64,000 nucleotides of DNA, taken from NCBI GenBank assembly GCA_019894975.1, contig JAGXNO010000001.1, positions 32,001 through 96,000 of the forward strand, in the 5' to 3' direction. The notes beneath the pieces were generated by a model. The model was not told the DNA's origin, made no database searches, and worked only from the letters and a program-made list of their open reading frames with translations. Source of the stretch: Promethearchaeota archaeon (GTDB taxonomy: Archaea; Asgardarchaeota; Lokiarchaeia; Sigyniarchaeales; SOKP01). Positions 51,304 through 61,364 of this stretch are shown in pieces (position 1 is the first letter of the stretch; every line of letters begins with the position of its first letter). Made by a program: the position numbers and the translations under genes.

Positions 51304-51311
51304 TTTTAAAT
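51304..51311 (+). promoter_or_regulatory. Putative TATA box for a leaderless transcript starting near ATG 51333
   Basis: TTTTAAAT centred about 25 nt upstream of the leader ATG. Confidence 0.5.
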
Positions 51312-51332
51312 GTACAAGTATATCACAATATA

Positions 51333-51401
51333 ATGAGAATTAATTTTTCGAATAAGGTAAGAGTTCTTACCTCTTGTTGCTGTAGTACTTGTTGTTGTTA
51401 A
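51333..51401 (+). CDS. Cys-rich leader peptide MRINFSNKVRVLTSCCCSTCCC
   Basis: 22 codons, 6 Cys in the last 8; about 110 nt upstream of cysteine synthase. Confidence 0.8.
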   Translation: MRINFSNKVRVLTSCCCSTCCC

Positions 51402-51512
51402 ACAACAGTTTCATTAATTCTCAAATAACCATCAGAAATCTTTCTTTTATAAAACTCTCGTTGGTTAAAATTGTAGAATTTTAATTGTGAAATCTAAAAT
51501 TTGGGTGATAGA

Positions 51513-52502
51513 ATGAAGTCATTATCGTATAGTAGGGAAAAAGGAAAAATTGAATTTAATAATAAATTAAGAGTGTATGAAAGTATTGAAGATTTAATTT
51601 CAAATAGAGAAAATCCTTCACCATTGGTTAAACTAAATGAAAGAATTAATCCAAATAAGAATTTTCCGATTTATATGAAATTAGAGCGCTACAATCCTTT
51701 TGGATCAATAAAAGATAGAGTTGCTTATTCAATGCTTAAAGATGTAGTATTTAAGGAGGGGCAACGGATCATAGAACCGTCATCTGGGAATACTGGAATC
51801 GCTTTAGCATCATTAGCAAATGCGAGGGGTATTCCTATTGAAATAGCTGTACCGAGTAGAATTCCCGAAGAAAAAAAGATACTTTTAAAATTACTCGGTG
51901 TGAAAGAATTATGGGAAGCTGATGATAATCTATGTCCTAAGTTTCCTAATGAAGGGGCGAGAGGTGTTGTAAATGGAATATTGGAGAGTAAGGGTGGAGA
52001 ACGGTATTTTAATCCAGATCAATATGGAAATGACTTGAATGTAGAGGCTCATTATAGAACCACAGGTCCAGAAATTTGGGATCAAACTAATGGGGAAATT
52101 GATTATTTTTTTGCAGCTATGGGTACATGTGGCACTATTACAGGAGTTGGAAAATTCTTAAAAGAAAATAAACCCTCGGTTAAAATAATAGGAGTAGAAC
52201 CTTCAGAAACATTACATAATATACCAGGCTTGAAAAGAATAACTGACCTTGATGAAGATTTGATTCCAAAAATCTTAGATAAAACTGTAATTGATGAAAT
52301 TATTGAAGTAAACGATAAAGAAGCTTATAGAACCGGTATTGACTTAGCAAGAAAAAATGGCATATTAGTTGGGCCTTCTACCGGTGCAATTTTAGCCGCT
52401 GCTTTAAAGTATGCAAAATCACATGAAGGGATAGCAGTTATTATTGCCCCCGATGATGCTACTAAATATATTAGTTCATATGCGCCCTATATTAAAGAAT
52501 AG
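51513..52502 (+). CDS. cysK: Cysteine synthase family PLP enzyme (CysK/CysM/CBS)
   Basis: NPFGSIKDR, SSGNTG, HYRTTGPEIW, GTCGTITG; SD GGTGA before ATG 51513. Confidence 0.9.
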   Translation: MKSLSYSREKGKIEFNNKLRVYESIEDLISNRENPSPLVKLNERINPNKNFPIYMKLERYNPFGSIKDRVAYSMLKDVVFKEGQRIIEPSSGNTGIALASLANARGIPIEIAVPSRIPEEKKILLKLLGVKELWEADDNLCPKFPNEGARGVVNGILESKGGERYFNPDQYGNDLNVEAHYRTTGPEIWDQTNGEIDYFFAAMGTCGTITGVGKFLKENKPSVKIIGVEPSETLHNIPGLKRITDLDEDLIPKILDKTVIDEIIEVNDKEAYRTGIDLARKNGILVGPSTGAILAAALKYAKSHEGIAVIIAPDDATKYISSYAPYIKE

Positions 52503-52766
52503 TTTTCTAATAAAATTTCATTGTAAATTAGAAAATACCTTTTCTCTAAGATTTTTATTTAAAATTGATAGATAATAGCTTAAAAAGGAGATATATAGAG
52601 GAAAGCAAAATAAGTAATATTTTTTAGAGTTTAAGAAATAAAACCCTATTTTATAAATTTTGTGGTCTTTGTCGGATATCTGTTTACCCTCTAATATAAT
52701 CAACGCTAAATATATATGTATAAAAGGTCTTTAAAATAGTGTTCAAAAAATCAATAGTAAGTTAGG

Positions 52767-54038
52767 TTGAAATTTCGCATGAAAGATTTAAACGATATCC
52801 CGGAGTTTTCAAACTATTTCCGAGTGATTTCACCATCAGATGTAGAGGTTAACAAAGGTGATATATTTTATCGAGATAAATATAATGATATAATTAATTA
52901 CATTAAAGCTATGTCCACCTTCAATAGTGATAATCCCTTAAATGAGTATATTTCGCCTAAAGGAACTATTTTAATTAATGTTAATCCCGGAACTGATATA
53001 TCTGAGTTTCTAAAATTAATATCGATGAATTATTCTTTAGATTTAATTGAATTTAATGATACTGAAATTAAAAAAACCCCAGATAAGTTTTTAAAAAGTT
53101 TTCTTCAAATTTTAAAATCAATTAGAGATGCTGTTGCTGTAGAAGCAGAAGAAAAATCTGAAGAAGATACTAATAATAACTTAGATGATTCTGACACTCC
53201 CCTTGAGAAGAAATTGTTAATAATTAATCAACACTCAATTTTTAGGACGATATTAAGTGAGAATAATTTACTTGAAGTTTTTGTTACCTCAGAAAAGGAG
53301 GTTTATTCCAATTTTCTTCACTCTAATATAATTTTAATATGGATTAATTATGATCTCCGAGATGTAATAGAAATCTCTTCGAAAGTCTATGAAGTTTTTG
53401 ATATCTTTATTAAAATCAGCTTATTGAATAAAATTGAAAGAGAGACGATACTTAGAGATTTTTTAGAGAAGAACTCTAAAATAGTATTTGATGTGGATGC
53501 ATTAGTAAATTATACAGATAATTGGGAAGTTAAAGACATAAAACAATTGTTAAAGGTTGGAATTTTTAAGCACTTTCTAAATTCAGAATTAAATGAGACT
53601 AGTAATGAAATAACACACATTTTACTCGATCTAATTGAAACAGGAGAATTTTTACCTTCTATTAATTCTAAGAATTCAAACGATACCCAAAATGGTGAAG
53701 AAGGTGAAGAAAGTAAACATATCCAATATATAACTAAAATTGAAGAGGAGAATTCTAGAAAAGCTAACAATATAGATGACTATATAAATTCTATACGAGA
53801 TTCACGTCCATCAGAATTCATGATAAATCAATTATATGAAAATGCTGCCTTTTCAAATTACAATGAACTATTACTCATAATTGATAAAATTGATAAGAAG
53901 GAACCGTTAGAAGAAAACGACCGGAAAATATTAGCAGAGTATCCTTTTATTTTAACTGAGACGCCTAAAAGGGCTCAAATTAAATTGGAAAAGGCTAAAA
54001 AGAGAGTTGATCGTATAAGGCAAGCTTTTGGTAAATAA
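52767..54038 (+). CDS. Degenerate AAA+-like protein
   Basis: PKGTILINVNPGTD resembles a decayed PKGILLYGPPGTGKT; lid-like ERETIL...DVDALVNYTDNWEVKDIKQL. Confidence 0.5.
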   Translation: MKFRMKDLNDIPEFSNYFRVISPSDVEVNKGDIFYRDKYNDIINYIKAMSTFNSDNPLNEYISPKGTILINVNPGTDISEFLKLISMNYSLDLIEFNDTEIKKTPDKFLKSFLQILKSIRDAVAVEAEEKSEEDTNNNLDDSDTPLEKKLLIINQHSIFRTILSENNLLEVFVTSEKEVYSNFLHSNIILIWINYDLRDVIEISSKVYEVFDIFIKISLLNKIERETILRDFLEKNSKIVFDVDALVNYTDNWEVKDIKQLLKVGIFKHFLNSELNETSNEITHILLDLIETGEFLPSINSKNSNDTQNGEEGEESKHIQYITKIEEENSRKANNIDDYINSIRDSRPSEFMINQLYENAAFSNYNELLLIIDKIDKKEPLEENDRKILAEYPFILTETPKRAQIKLEKAKKRVDRIRQAFGK

Positions 54039-54061
54039 ATGATAATAAGATGATATAAAAA

Positions 54062-57000
54062 GTGGCTTCCCAAATCCAACTAAAGAATAAAGAAACTGTA
54101 GGTCAAAAAAATAGGAAAGTATTTGTTAAGAAAGTCATTTTAGAGAATTTCTTATCATTCCAAAAAGATGAAGTTGATTTTGGGGAAGCTAAGTTTGTCA
54201 TTATTGTAGGTCCAAATTGGAGTGGAAAAACATCGATTTTTCAAGCTATTAAATTTGCTTTAGGAAGTAATGAAAGAGACGATCGTTATACTAAATGGTC
54301 TAACTTTATAAGAAATGGTCAAAATCATGCCATGGTTGAAATTCATATTCAAAAAGAGGAGGACTTAATACAGCTTCGGAGATATGTTGTGAGAGGGCAA
54401 TCCCCATATTTTCAAATAAAAGAGAAGAATGAAAAAGAATTTCATAAAGTTCAGGCTCACGATATTCAGAATATAATTAGTGAAATAAATATCAATCCCG
54501 ATAATCAATTTGCTTTTGTAAGTCAAGGAAAGATTGATGCTATTAAAAACTTAAAACCTTCAGATTTATGTTCTTTCCTTGAAGATGGTATTGGCTTAAA
54601 ACCCCTTCGAGATGAGATTTTCCTCCAAAAAAGAAATGTATTTACTTTAGATAATGATCTCAAATCGATGAAGGCTAGAAAAAACACTTTGAACTTTTCA
54701 TTGGAACTTTTAACACCAAAATTGAATCGTTTGGAACAGAAAAACAAGTTGTTGATTGTTAGAGAAAAATATAATGATGAGCTGTTATGGGCAAATAAAG
54801 ATAAACTGGAAAAGGAAATAAAAAAAATTGAAGAAGTTATTGATAACCTCAAATTAGTCATAGATGGGATTAAAAAACGAAAGGAAAAACATGATGCCGA
54901 AATCAAGGAATTAATTAGCAAAATTTCTGTTGAGGAAGAGAATATAATTGAACTAACTAAAACAATCGGTGAACTCTCTTTTGAGAAAACTGATTTAATA
55001 GGGAAAATTCAAAACTGGCAAAAAGAAAAGATAAAGGCGAAGCAAGAATTAGATCATCTTTCCAATAAAGTAAGAGAAATTGAAAAAATTATTACTAATT
55101 ATACAAAACAAGCAGAAAGTCTAGAAAATGAATTAAAAATTGTTAAAATTGAGAAAAAAAAAATAGATACAAAAATTGAGGGTTTAATAAAAGAACAGGA
55201 GCAGTTAGTTAAGAAAATCAAGCAAAATAAAATGGTATTAGCAGAATATAATAAAATTAATGAGGATAAAAAAATAAAGAAATCAAAAATTCAAGACAAT
55301 CAAAAGTTAATATTTTCTATTAACGATGAAATCAACCAATTATTTCAAAGTTTTAAGGATATAGAACATAAGTTAGAAAGCAATAAATGGTTTCTAGATA
55401 ATCCCTCAAAAAGCTTACTACAGGAACTTGAAAAAGATCTAAGAAGCGTTTCTTTAAAAATTTATGATATTGAGGCTGAAATAAAAAAATTAGAATTTGA
55501 AAAGTCAAAAAGAATAAAGAAATTACAAATGTTACAGACTTCCTTAAGAGAACGGCGAGTTATCCTTCCTTCAAATATATCTATTCTTAAGGAAGAAATT
55601 GATAGAAGAGATTTGAAAGTTAAAGGACCCTTGATTGAATATTTGAAATACGATGATGAGTTAAGCTACGCGATTGAGTCTGTATTAGGTGAGAAATTGT
55701 TATATAGTTTTGTAGCAGAGGATTGGGATACACTAACTCTATTAAAAAGATTAAAACAGAAATATAATGCCTACTGTAATATATATCTTCCAAAAAAAAG
55801 AGATATTGAACGATTACTGCCAATTTCTGCAGATGGCATTCTAGGTTATCTAGCTCAACTAGTTAAGGTTGTTGGCGACGATAAAGATATTAAAAAAGTA
55901 ATTTACTCCAAGGTAAAAAACTGCTTAGTGGTAAAAGATTACCATTCAGGAAGAGAAATTTATAATAAAATTGGTTTCAAGGGCAAATGTGTTACCTTAG
56001 CAGGAGAACAAATTATATCATATAAATATGTGTATGAAACACCTTATGTGAAAAAACTAAAGGGATTGCTAAGCGCAGCAACACAAAAGGAGCAGTCTAG
56101 TTTATTAGAATCAGAAATCAAGTCAATAAATGAATCGATTTCTCAATTAAGGATTGAACAGTCTAAATTGGATAACATTCAAAAAGAAAATTTCAAAAAG
56201 AAAGAAACTTTCAATGATCTTTTATATAATTTCAACCAAAAACAGCGGATCACGACTAAAAAGAATCAATTATATGAACAAATGCACGGTTTGGAGAAAC
56301 TAAATTCAGAATTTGAAGGAGATCTAAAAGAATTAGATTTGAAAATCAATGAGTTGAAATCTCAAACTGATCCTGATTTTTTTAAATGGTCTGACAGAAT
56401 TAACGAGATTCCAAGTGAATTAACTTCTTTTAATGAGGAAAAGAAAAAATGGGATCTAAAATTAGATGAAAATTCAGGGATACTAAAGGAAGTAAAAGAG
56501 GAATTAACTAATCAAAAAATTGAAATAAAGGTTCAAAAATTAGAATATGAAAAAAAGAAAGAAAATTTTCAAAAAGCAGATAAAACTGCTTTTGAAATTT
56601 ATCGACGATTAGAAAATGTTGAAGATAAACTTGAGAAAATTGAGAAAGAAATTACTGACTTGAAAGAATCTAAACTACAATATCAAAATAGGAAGAATGA
56701 AATTGATAAAAAAAGTATAGAAATAACTCTGAATTTGGAACATGAAAATGTCAAATTAAACACATTTAATCAAGAATTTGAACTGAAAAAAAGCGATTTT
56801 GAACGGATTAATTCTGAAATAAGTCCCTTAGTTTCTGAACAGCTTATGGTAATTCGTCCAATAGAAGATATAAATGAGGACTTGTCAAAAATCAACAAAC
56901 AATTACTCCAATATCTCGATGTTGATGATTCGCTTTTAGTTGAAAAAGATCAAATAATAGCCTCCCTAAAGGAAATTAATAGAAGGCAAAAAGATTTAGA

Positions 57001-57523
57001 ATACGATATAAAAGCAGCAATTAAAACTGAGGGTAAGCTAGAAAAAACGTATTATGACAAATTTAGTGTAGTACTTGATGAGATTCAATCCAAAGTAAAC
57101 AAAAAGTTTGAAGATTCTCAAATCAAGTCATTTTGCTCTCTTGCTCTAAAAGGAAAATTTGAAGATCTAGGGATTGATATAAGAGCAGCAACTTCTAAGG
57201 AACAGTTAAAATCATTCACTGCACTTAGTGGAGGACAAGTATCTCTTATCTCAATATGTCTGATTTTGTCCTTACAAGAGATTAAACCTTCTCCATTGTG
57301 TATGCTTGATGAAGCAGGTATGTTTCTCGATGAGAAAAATTCAGAAATAGCTTATCAATTGATAAAATCAACATTGGAACAGAATCCAATCCAGTTGTTA
57401 ATGTTCCTACCAAAAACTTCATCTTCATTATTTTTGCTTGCTGAGAAAATAATTGGAATTGCTCGAGTTGGCAAAAATGAAATCTCTTCGGTATTTAAAC
57501 CTAAAATAATAAAGAAAAAATAA
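54062..57523 (+). CDS. smc: SMC-family ATPase, Smc5/6-like
   Basis: GPNWSGKT, Q-loop AFVSQ, coiled coils, hinge VKGPL...AIESVLG, LSGGQ, LDEAGMFLD. Confidence 0.9.
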   Translation: MASQIQLKNKETVGQKNRKVFVKKVILENFLSFQKDEVDFGEAKFVIIVGPNWSGKTSIFQAIKFALGSNERDDRYTKWSNFIRNGQNHAMVEIHIQKEEDLIQLRRYVVRGQSPYFQIKEKNEKEFHKVQAHDIQNIISEININPDNQFAFVSQGKIDAIKNLKPSDLCSFLEDGIGLKPLRDEIFLQKRNVFTLDNDLKSMKARKNTLNFSLELLTPKLNRLEQKNKLLIVREKYNDELLWANKDKLEKEIKKIEEVIDNLKLVIDGIKKRKEKHDAEIKELISKISVEEENIIELTKTIGELSFEKTDLIGKIQNWQKEKIKAKQELDHLSNKVREIEKIITNYTKQAESLENELKIVKIEKKKIDTKIEGLIKEQEQLVKKIKQNKMVLAEYNKINEDKKIKKSKIQDNQKLIFSINDEINQLFQSFKDIEHKLESNKWFLDNPSKSLLQELEKDLRSVSLKIYDIEAEIKKLEFEKSKRIKKLQMLQTSLRERRVILPSNISILKEEIDRRDLKVKGPLIEYLKYDDELSYAIESVLGEKLLYSFVAEDWDTLTLLKRLKQKYNAYCNIYLPKKRDIERLLPISADGILGYLAQLVKVVGDDKDIKKVIYSKVKNCLVVKDYHSGREIYNKIGFKGKCVTLAGEQIISYKYVYETPYVKKLKGLLSAATQKEQSSLLESEIKSINESISQLRIEQSKLDNIQKENFKKKETFNDLLYNFNQKQRITTKKNQLYEQMHGLEKLNSEFEGDLKELDLKINELKSQTDPDFFKWSDRINEIPSELTSFNEEKKKWDLKLDENSGILKEVKEELTNQKIEIKVQKLEYEKKKENFQKADKTAFEIYRRLENVEDKLEKIEKEITDLKESKLQYQNRKNEIDKKSIEITLNLEHENVKLNTFNQEFELKKSDFERINSEISPLVSEQLMVIRPIEDINEDLSKINKQLLQYLDVDDSLLVEKDQIIASLKEINRRQKDLEYDIKAAIKTEGKLEKTYYDKFSVVLDEIQSKVNKKFEDSQIKSFCSLALKGKFEDLGIDIRAATSKEQLKSFTALSGGQVSLISICLILSLQEIKPSPLCMLDEAGMFLDEKNSEIAYQLIKSTLEQNPIQLLMFLPKTSSSLFLLAEKIIGIARVGKNEISSVFKPKIIKKK

Positions 57524-57527
57524 AATA

Positions 57528-58178
57528 ATGGAAGAATTTAAGGATTATTCTGAAGAAATTAACAGAAGGATAGAAGAAATTCAGACTAAAGTTCTTTCAG
57601 GGGAAATTATTCTATTAGATACCGAGCTAGTTCCTATTTTTGAAAATTTAAAAAACACGCTCAATACAGGTAATCTCAATAAATATTCCTCAGTATATAA
57701 GAATGCTTTCCAACTTCTAATTCAGAAATTTGAAGATCTAAAAGCTTTAATTAACAATATTGATAGAAAAGAAGGATTTTTAAAATTTCTAAGATCCAAT
57801 CCCGATGATTCAGAAATTAATGAATTATTAAGTGGATGTTGGTTAAAACCTTTCAATATTGAATCTCTTTCATTCAGTTTTCTTAATACAGCTAAAGAGA
57901 GATTAGATATTAAAAGAGGTTATCCGATAGCTATAGAACAAATTGAAAAAATAGAAGTGAAAGACACTTTTTTATTGGAAATTTCTGAACAAAAATTTTC
58001 TGAAAAAATGTCAGAGTTCTATAACCGTATTAAAAATCAACTTCCCTGTGGATTTGAAGATATTTTTGAATCCGAACAGGATCAAATAAAAATTTATGAA
58101 AATTTTGTATACTTACTCCATTTACTCCAATTAGGCAAAATAAAATATCAAAAAGAGACGGATTTTTTGTATATATAA
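57528..58178 (+). CDS. Kleisin-like subunit (ScpA/Nse4-like)
   Basis: C-terminal winged-helix YENFVYLLHLLQLGKI; follows smc. Confidence 0.7.
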   Translation: MEEFKDYSEEINRRIEEIQTKVLSGEIILLDTELVPIFENLKNTLNTGNLNKYSSVYKNAFQLLIQKFEDLKALINNIDRKEGFLKFLRSNPDDSEINELLSGCWLKPFNIESLSFSFLNTAKERLDIKRGYPIAIEQIEKIEVKDTFLLEISEQKFSEKMSEFYNRIKNQLPCGFEDIFESEQDQIKIYENFVYLLHLLQLGKIKYQKETDFLYI

Positions 58179-58194
58179 TGAGTTGGTATAAATC

Positions 58195-58722
58195 ATGAAT
58201 GAATTCACTATTTTAATGCATTTATTAAGTGATAAGACAAACAAATTTCAAATGGGTGCTTCTAAGGAAGAAATTCTAAATAAATTAAACCTAAGTGGTA
58301 AAAATGAATCAATCTTTTTTGAGAATTTGATTACTCAATTATCAAATTATATCGAACCTTTGGGACTTCAAATTCGATTTAACCCTATATCCTTGTGTTG
58401 GTATCTTGCATTTGAAATAGAAGCTTCTGATTTTATTTCTGCTAATCCATTTGCTAATAAACCAAAACTGGCTGCAACATTATTCTATACTCTAATTTGT
58501 TGCCTTGAAAGATCAGGTATCGCAAAAATTCAAAGAATAAAAGAATTAAGAAAGAAGAAACATATTGTTGAAGATTTAAAGGAATTAGAGAAGATGGGAT
58601 ATTTAGAACTTGATGAAAATTTGGGAATAGTAACACTTACACCCTTGATCGGATATAACTTAGATGTAAATAAACTTATCATAAAATTAGCTTTAAAATT
58701 AAAAAAAAGGGTAGAACAATAG
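58195..58722 (+). CDS. KITE-like tandem winged-helix subunit (ScpB/Nse1/Nse3-like)
   Basis: ITQLSNYIEPLGLQIR; LKELEKMGYL...LTP; follows the kleisin. Confidence 0.65.
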   Translation: MNEFTILMHLLSDKTNKFQMGASKEEILNKLNLSGKNESIFFENLITQLSNYIEPLGLQIRFNPISLCWYLAFEIEASDFISANPFANKPKLAATLFYTLICCLERSGIAKIQRIKELRKKKHIVEDLKELEKMGYLELDENLGIVTLTPLIGYNLDVNKLIIKLALKLKKRVEQ

Positions 58723-58769
58723 TCAGCAGTTATGTTGTTATGAAAGAAAGAGGTTTTCAATGAAATCAA

Positions 58770-59660
58770 TTAAGAAATATGATGTTCTAAAAAGTTTCTT
58801 GTTATAAATTTAACTTGTTTGAGATTTTCTTCCGCTCCTGTGTAAAAAGCGTGTTGTGTGTTGGATAACAATTTTGTTTCAACTAAATTCGGAACTATCT
58901 GTTTTGCACGCTTGATGACGAATTTTCCTGGAAAAAGTATATCATTATCGGCAGCTATTAGCAACGTTGGAGCTTTAAAGTTCTTTAATTCTTCTTTTTT
59001 CATTGGTCGAGGCATGTGAGATGCAATTTTTAAATGACTAAACAGTAATATCGTCATTTTAAGCATTTCTTCATCAACATTGTGAACTAATGGTAAAAGC
59101 GTTTTTATGGCATTTTTTTTATTAGGAAATAATCGATAGCGAAGCAATGGAATTACTAATTTACGTATTATTTTTAAACCTGAACCGTTTACAAATCCAG
59201 AAGGAACAATGAATACTGCTGCCGAAATGCGCTCTGGAGCTAGCGTAACTAATTGTAGGAGAAAGCCTCCTCCAAACGATGGACCAATGATAATTGGTTG
59301 GTCGAGTCTAAGGCAATCTAAAATATCTATTGCCCATTCTCCATAATTATAATTCTTGGGAGAAAAGCGAACTTCAGCGCTTTTCCCAGGATGACCTATT
59401 GTATCAGGCGCGTAAATTCTATATTTGTCCGCCAGCGATATAAAATTTTTTAAATCAAAAGGATTAAGAGAATTTCCTCCGTGAAAAAGGATCATGGGAT
59501 AACCATCCTTCGGTCCAGCGGTTATAACATGAGTTGAGCCAAATCTCGTCTCAATAGTTGCATCTTCGTAATCAAAGCCCAATTGACTTAAGAGATCATC
59601 GTAAAAAGCCAAGATTTTTGTTTTTCCTTCTGGACTTCTGTAAATGGTTTCTTCTTTCAT
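58770..59660 (-). CDS. Alpha/beta hydrolase
   Basis: LFHGG, PDTIGHPGKS, GPSFGG. Confidence 0.92.
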   Translation of the reverse strand: MKEETIYRSPEGKTKILAFYDDLLSQLGFDYEDATIETRFGSTHVITAGPKDGYPMILFHGGNSLNPFDLKNFISLADKYRIYAPDTIGHPGKSAEVRFSPKNYNYGEWAIDILDCLRLDQPIIIGPSFGGGFLLQLVTLAPERISAAVFIVPSGFVNGSGLKIIRKLVIPLLRYRLFPNKKNAIKTLLPLVHNVDEEMLKMTILLFSHLKIASHMPRPMKKEELKNFKAPTLLIAADNDILFPGKFVIKRAKQIVPNLVETKLLSNTQHAFYTGAEENLKQVKFITRNFLEHHIS

Positions 59661-59762
59661 TTTTTTATTATAACAGCTATTTTTTAATTATTGTGATAAG
59701 TTATAAATTATTTAGATAGATTTCAAAATAAATTCGAAAATATAAAAGAATTAGATAAAAAA

Positions 59763-60398
59763 TTACTTTATAGTAGTAATTTCTAGTATCATTTCAGCAA
59801 CTCTATTGTTGAATTGTTCAACATCTGCAAAATCTTCGACCGTTTCACCACAAGTTGTAAAAAATTCATTTATTTCTATTTTTCGGGTGTTAAAGAATTC
59901 CTGAATCTGGTTTTTTGTTACGTCAATTTTTTTATCTCTATCCCCTTTTAGTAAATCAACCTTATTAATACATACATATATCTTATCAGGGAAAAACCTT
60001 ACATCGTTAAAGAATTCAAACTGAGGATCTAAGTCTCTATCAAGGGAAAAGACAGCAACTATTTGTGTAGCAATCCGTGAAATTGTAATAATACCCATTT
60101 TGACAACAGCCCTTTTCCTATCTCCCCCAGGTGCAAAGATTGTGTGAGCCCTATTGCTTGCATCTTCTCGAAACACAATTCGGTTAGGATGAATAGTCTT
60201 AGTCTCTTTTTGATTAAGAGCGTCTTCTTTATCTCCTCCCGGTACTGTTGCTTCACCTGAAAAATCAGCTTTCACTACAGAGCATTTCGTACCACCCTCA
60301 ACTTTTTCAATATCCCCTTTTTTCAAATATCTTACAAATAGACGAAGGATACTGGTTTTCCCAACACTTACGTCACCTAACAATCCAATGTTTACCAT
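59763..60398 (-). CDS. Atypical Ras-superfamily small GTPase
   Basis: G1 GDVSVGKT, G2 T, altered G3 FAPGG, G4 NKVD. Confidence 0.85.
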   Translation of the reverse strand: MVNIGLLGDVSVGKTSILRLFVRYLKKGDIEKVEGGTKCSVVKADFSGEATVPGGDKEDALNQKETKTIHPNRIVFREDASNRAHTIFAPGGDRKRAVVKMGIITISRIATQIVAVFSLDRDLDPQFEFFNDVRFFPDKIYVCINKVDLLKGDRDKKIDVTKNQIQEFFNTRKIEINEFFTTCGETVEDFADVEQFNNRVAEMILEITTIK

Positions 60399-61210
60399 TA
60401 CACTTCACCTTCTAAGAGCTTATTTAATAATAATTCATAATCGGGGATTAGAAATTGTTCAAGTAATGCATTATTATGAGCATGAATGAGTGCAATTAAC
60501 ACTTCTTTCATATTTTTCGCATTTTTCGCATATTTTGATAAATTATCTGAGGTTGGTTCTTCATTAAAATCTCTTGCATGTTCTTCAAATCCGAATTTGG
60601 ATAGATCCGGCAATGCATTGAAAAACCCAAAAGCAGAATAACCTTGATATTGGTAAAACACGAAGAATCTAGTTTTAATATTTTCAATTACTTGAGACAA
60701 ATAGGTTGATGGATATATTTCTCCTAATGTTAATTCTCCATCTTGTTTTATCACAAAATAAGGAGAAATTGGAGAAACTTGAGCACCATACATCTCTTTT
60801 GGAGGGATTGATATGAATGGGAGTTTTTCTGAAACTATTGTCCATAAATCTTCTCTTCTTTTCTCTAATAAAATATCTTTAATTTCATCGTAAGCGAAGA
60901 AGAAGTCCGATTGTAACGCTAAGAGAGAGCTAAGATATACTGATATTGAAGCAAATGTAGCTTCTAACACAGGTCTTCTCCCTCCATTTGAATCTGATGG
61001 TTTAACAGCACCTTTCCATGCTCTCAATCCAGAATAAGCAAATGACTTTACATCAAAAAAAGCTCCAGAAAGAAATAAGAAAGATGGAGCATCTCCTTTA
61101 TCACCCGTTAATAAATCCATAGATTTCTCAATCAGAATGCTTTCTAACTTAGCATCATGAAATTTAGAGTGAACCTTAGGCATTTGCAACCATGTTTTTT
61201 TCTTTGCCAA
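60398..61210 (-). CDS. Hypothetical protein coupled to the GTPase gene
   Basis: 270-aa ORF with TAATG stop/start overlap. Confidence 0.7.
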   Translation of the reverse strand: MAKKKTWLQMPKVHSKFHDAKLESILIEKSMDLLTGDKGDAPSFLFLSGAFFDVKSFAYSGLRAWKGAVKPSDSNGGRRPVLEATFASISVYLSSLLALQSDFFFAYDEIKDILLEKRREDLWTIVSEKLPFISIPPKEMYGAQVSPISPYFVIKQDGELTLGEIYPSTYLSQVIENIKTRFFVFYQYQGYSAFGFFNALPDLSKFGFEEHARDFNEEPTSDNLSKYAKNAKNMKEVLIALIHAHNNALLEQFLIPDYELLLNKLLEGEV

Positions 61211-61364
61211 AATATTTACTCTCTTTTTATTAATTTTGATAAATTTTTAAAAAACTGCTGTATAATTAATTTTTCGTATTTTAATTAAACAATATATTAT
61301 CTCAATATAATTTTTTGCACTTAATAAGAACAGATCGGGATATAATCTTAAAAACTAAACATAT

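Noticed and set aside
52518-52703. 61-aa minus-strand ORF
   Set aside because: Low-complexity AT-rich intergenic sequence with no support
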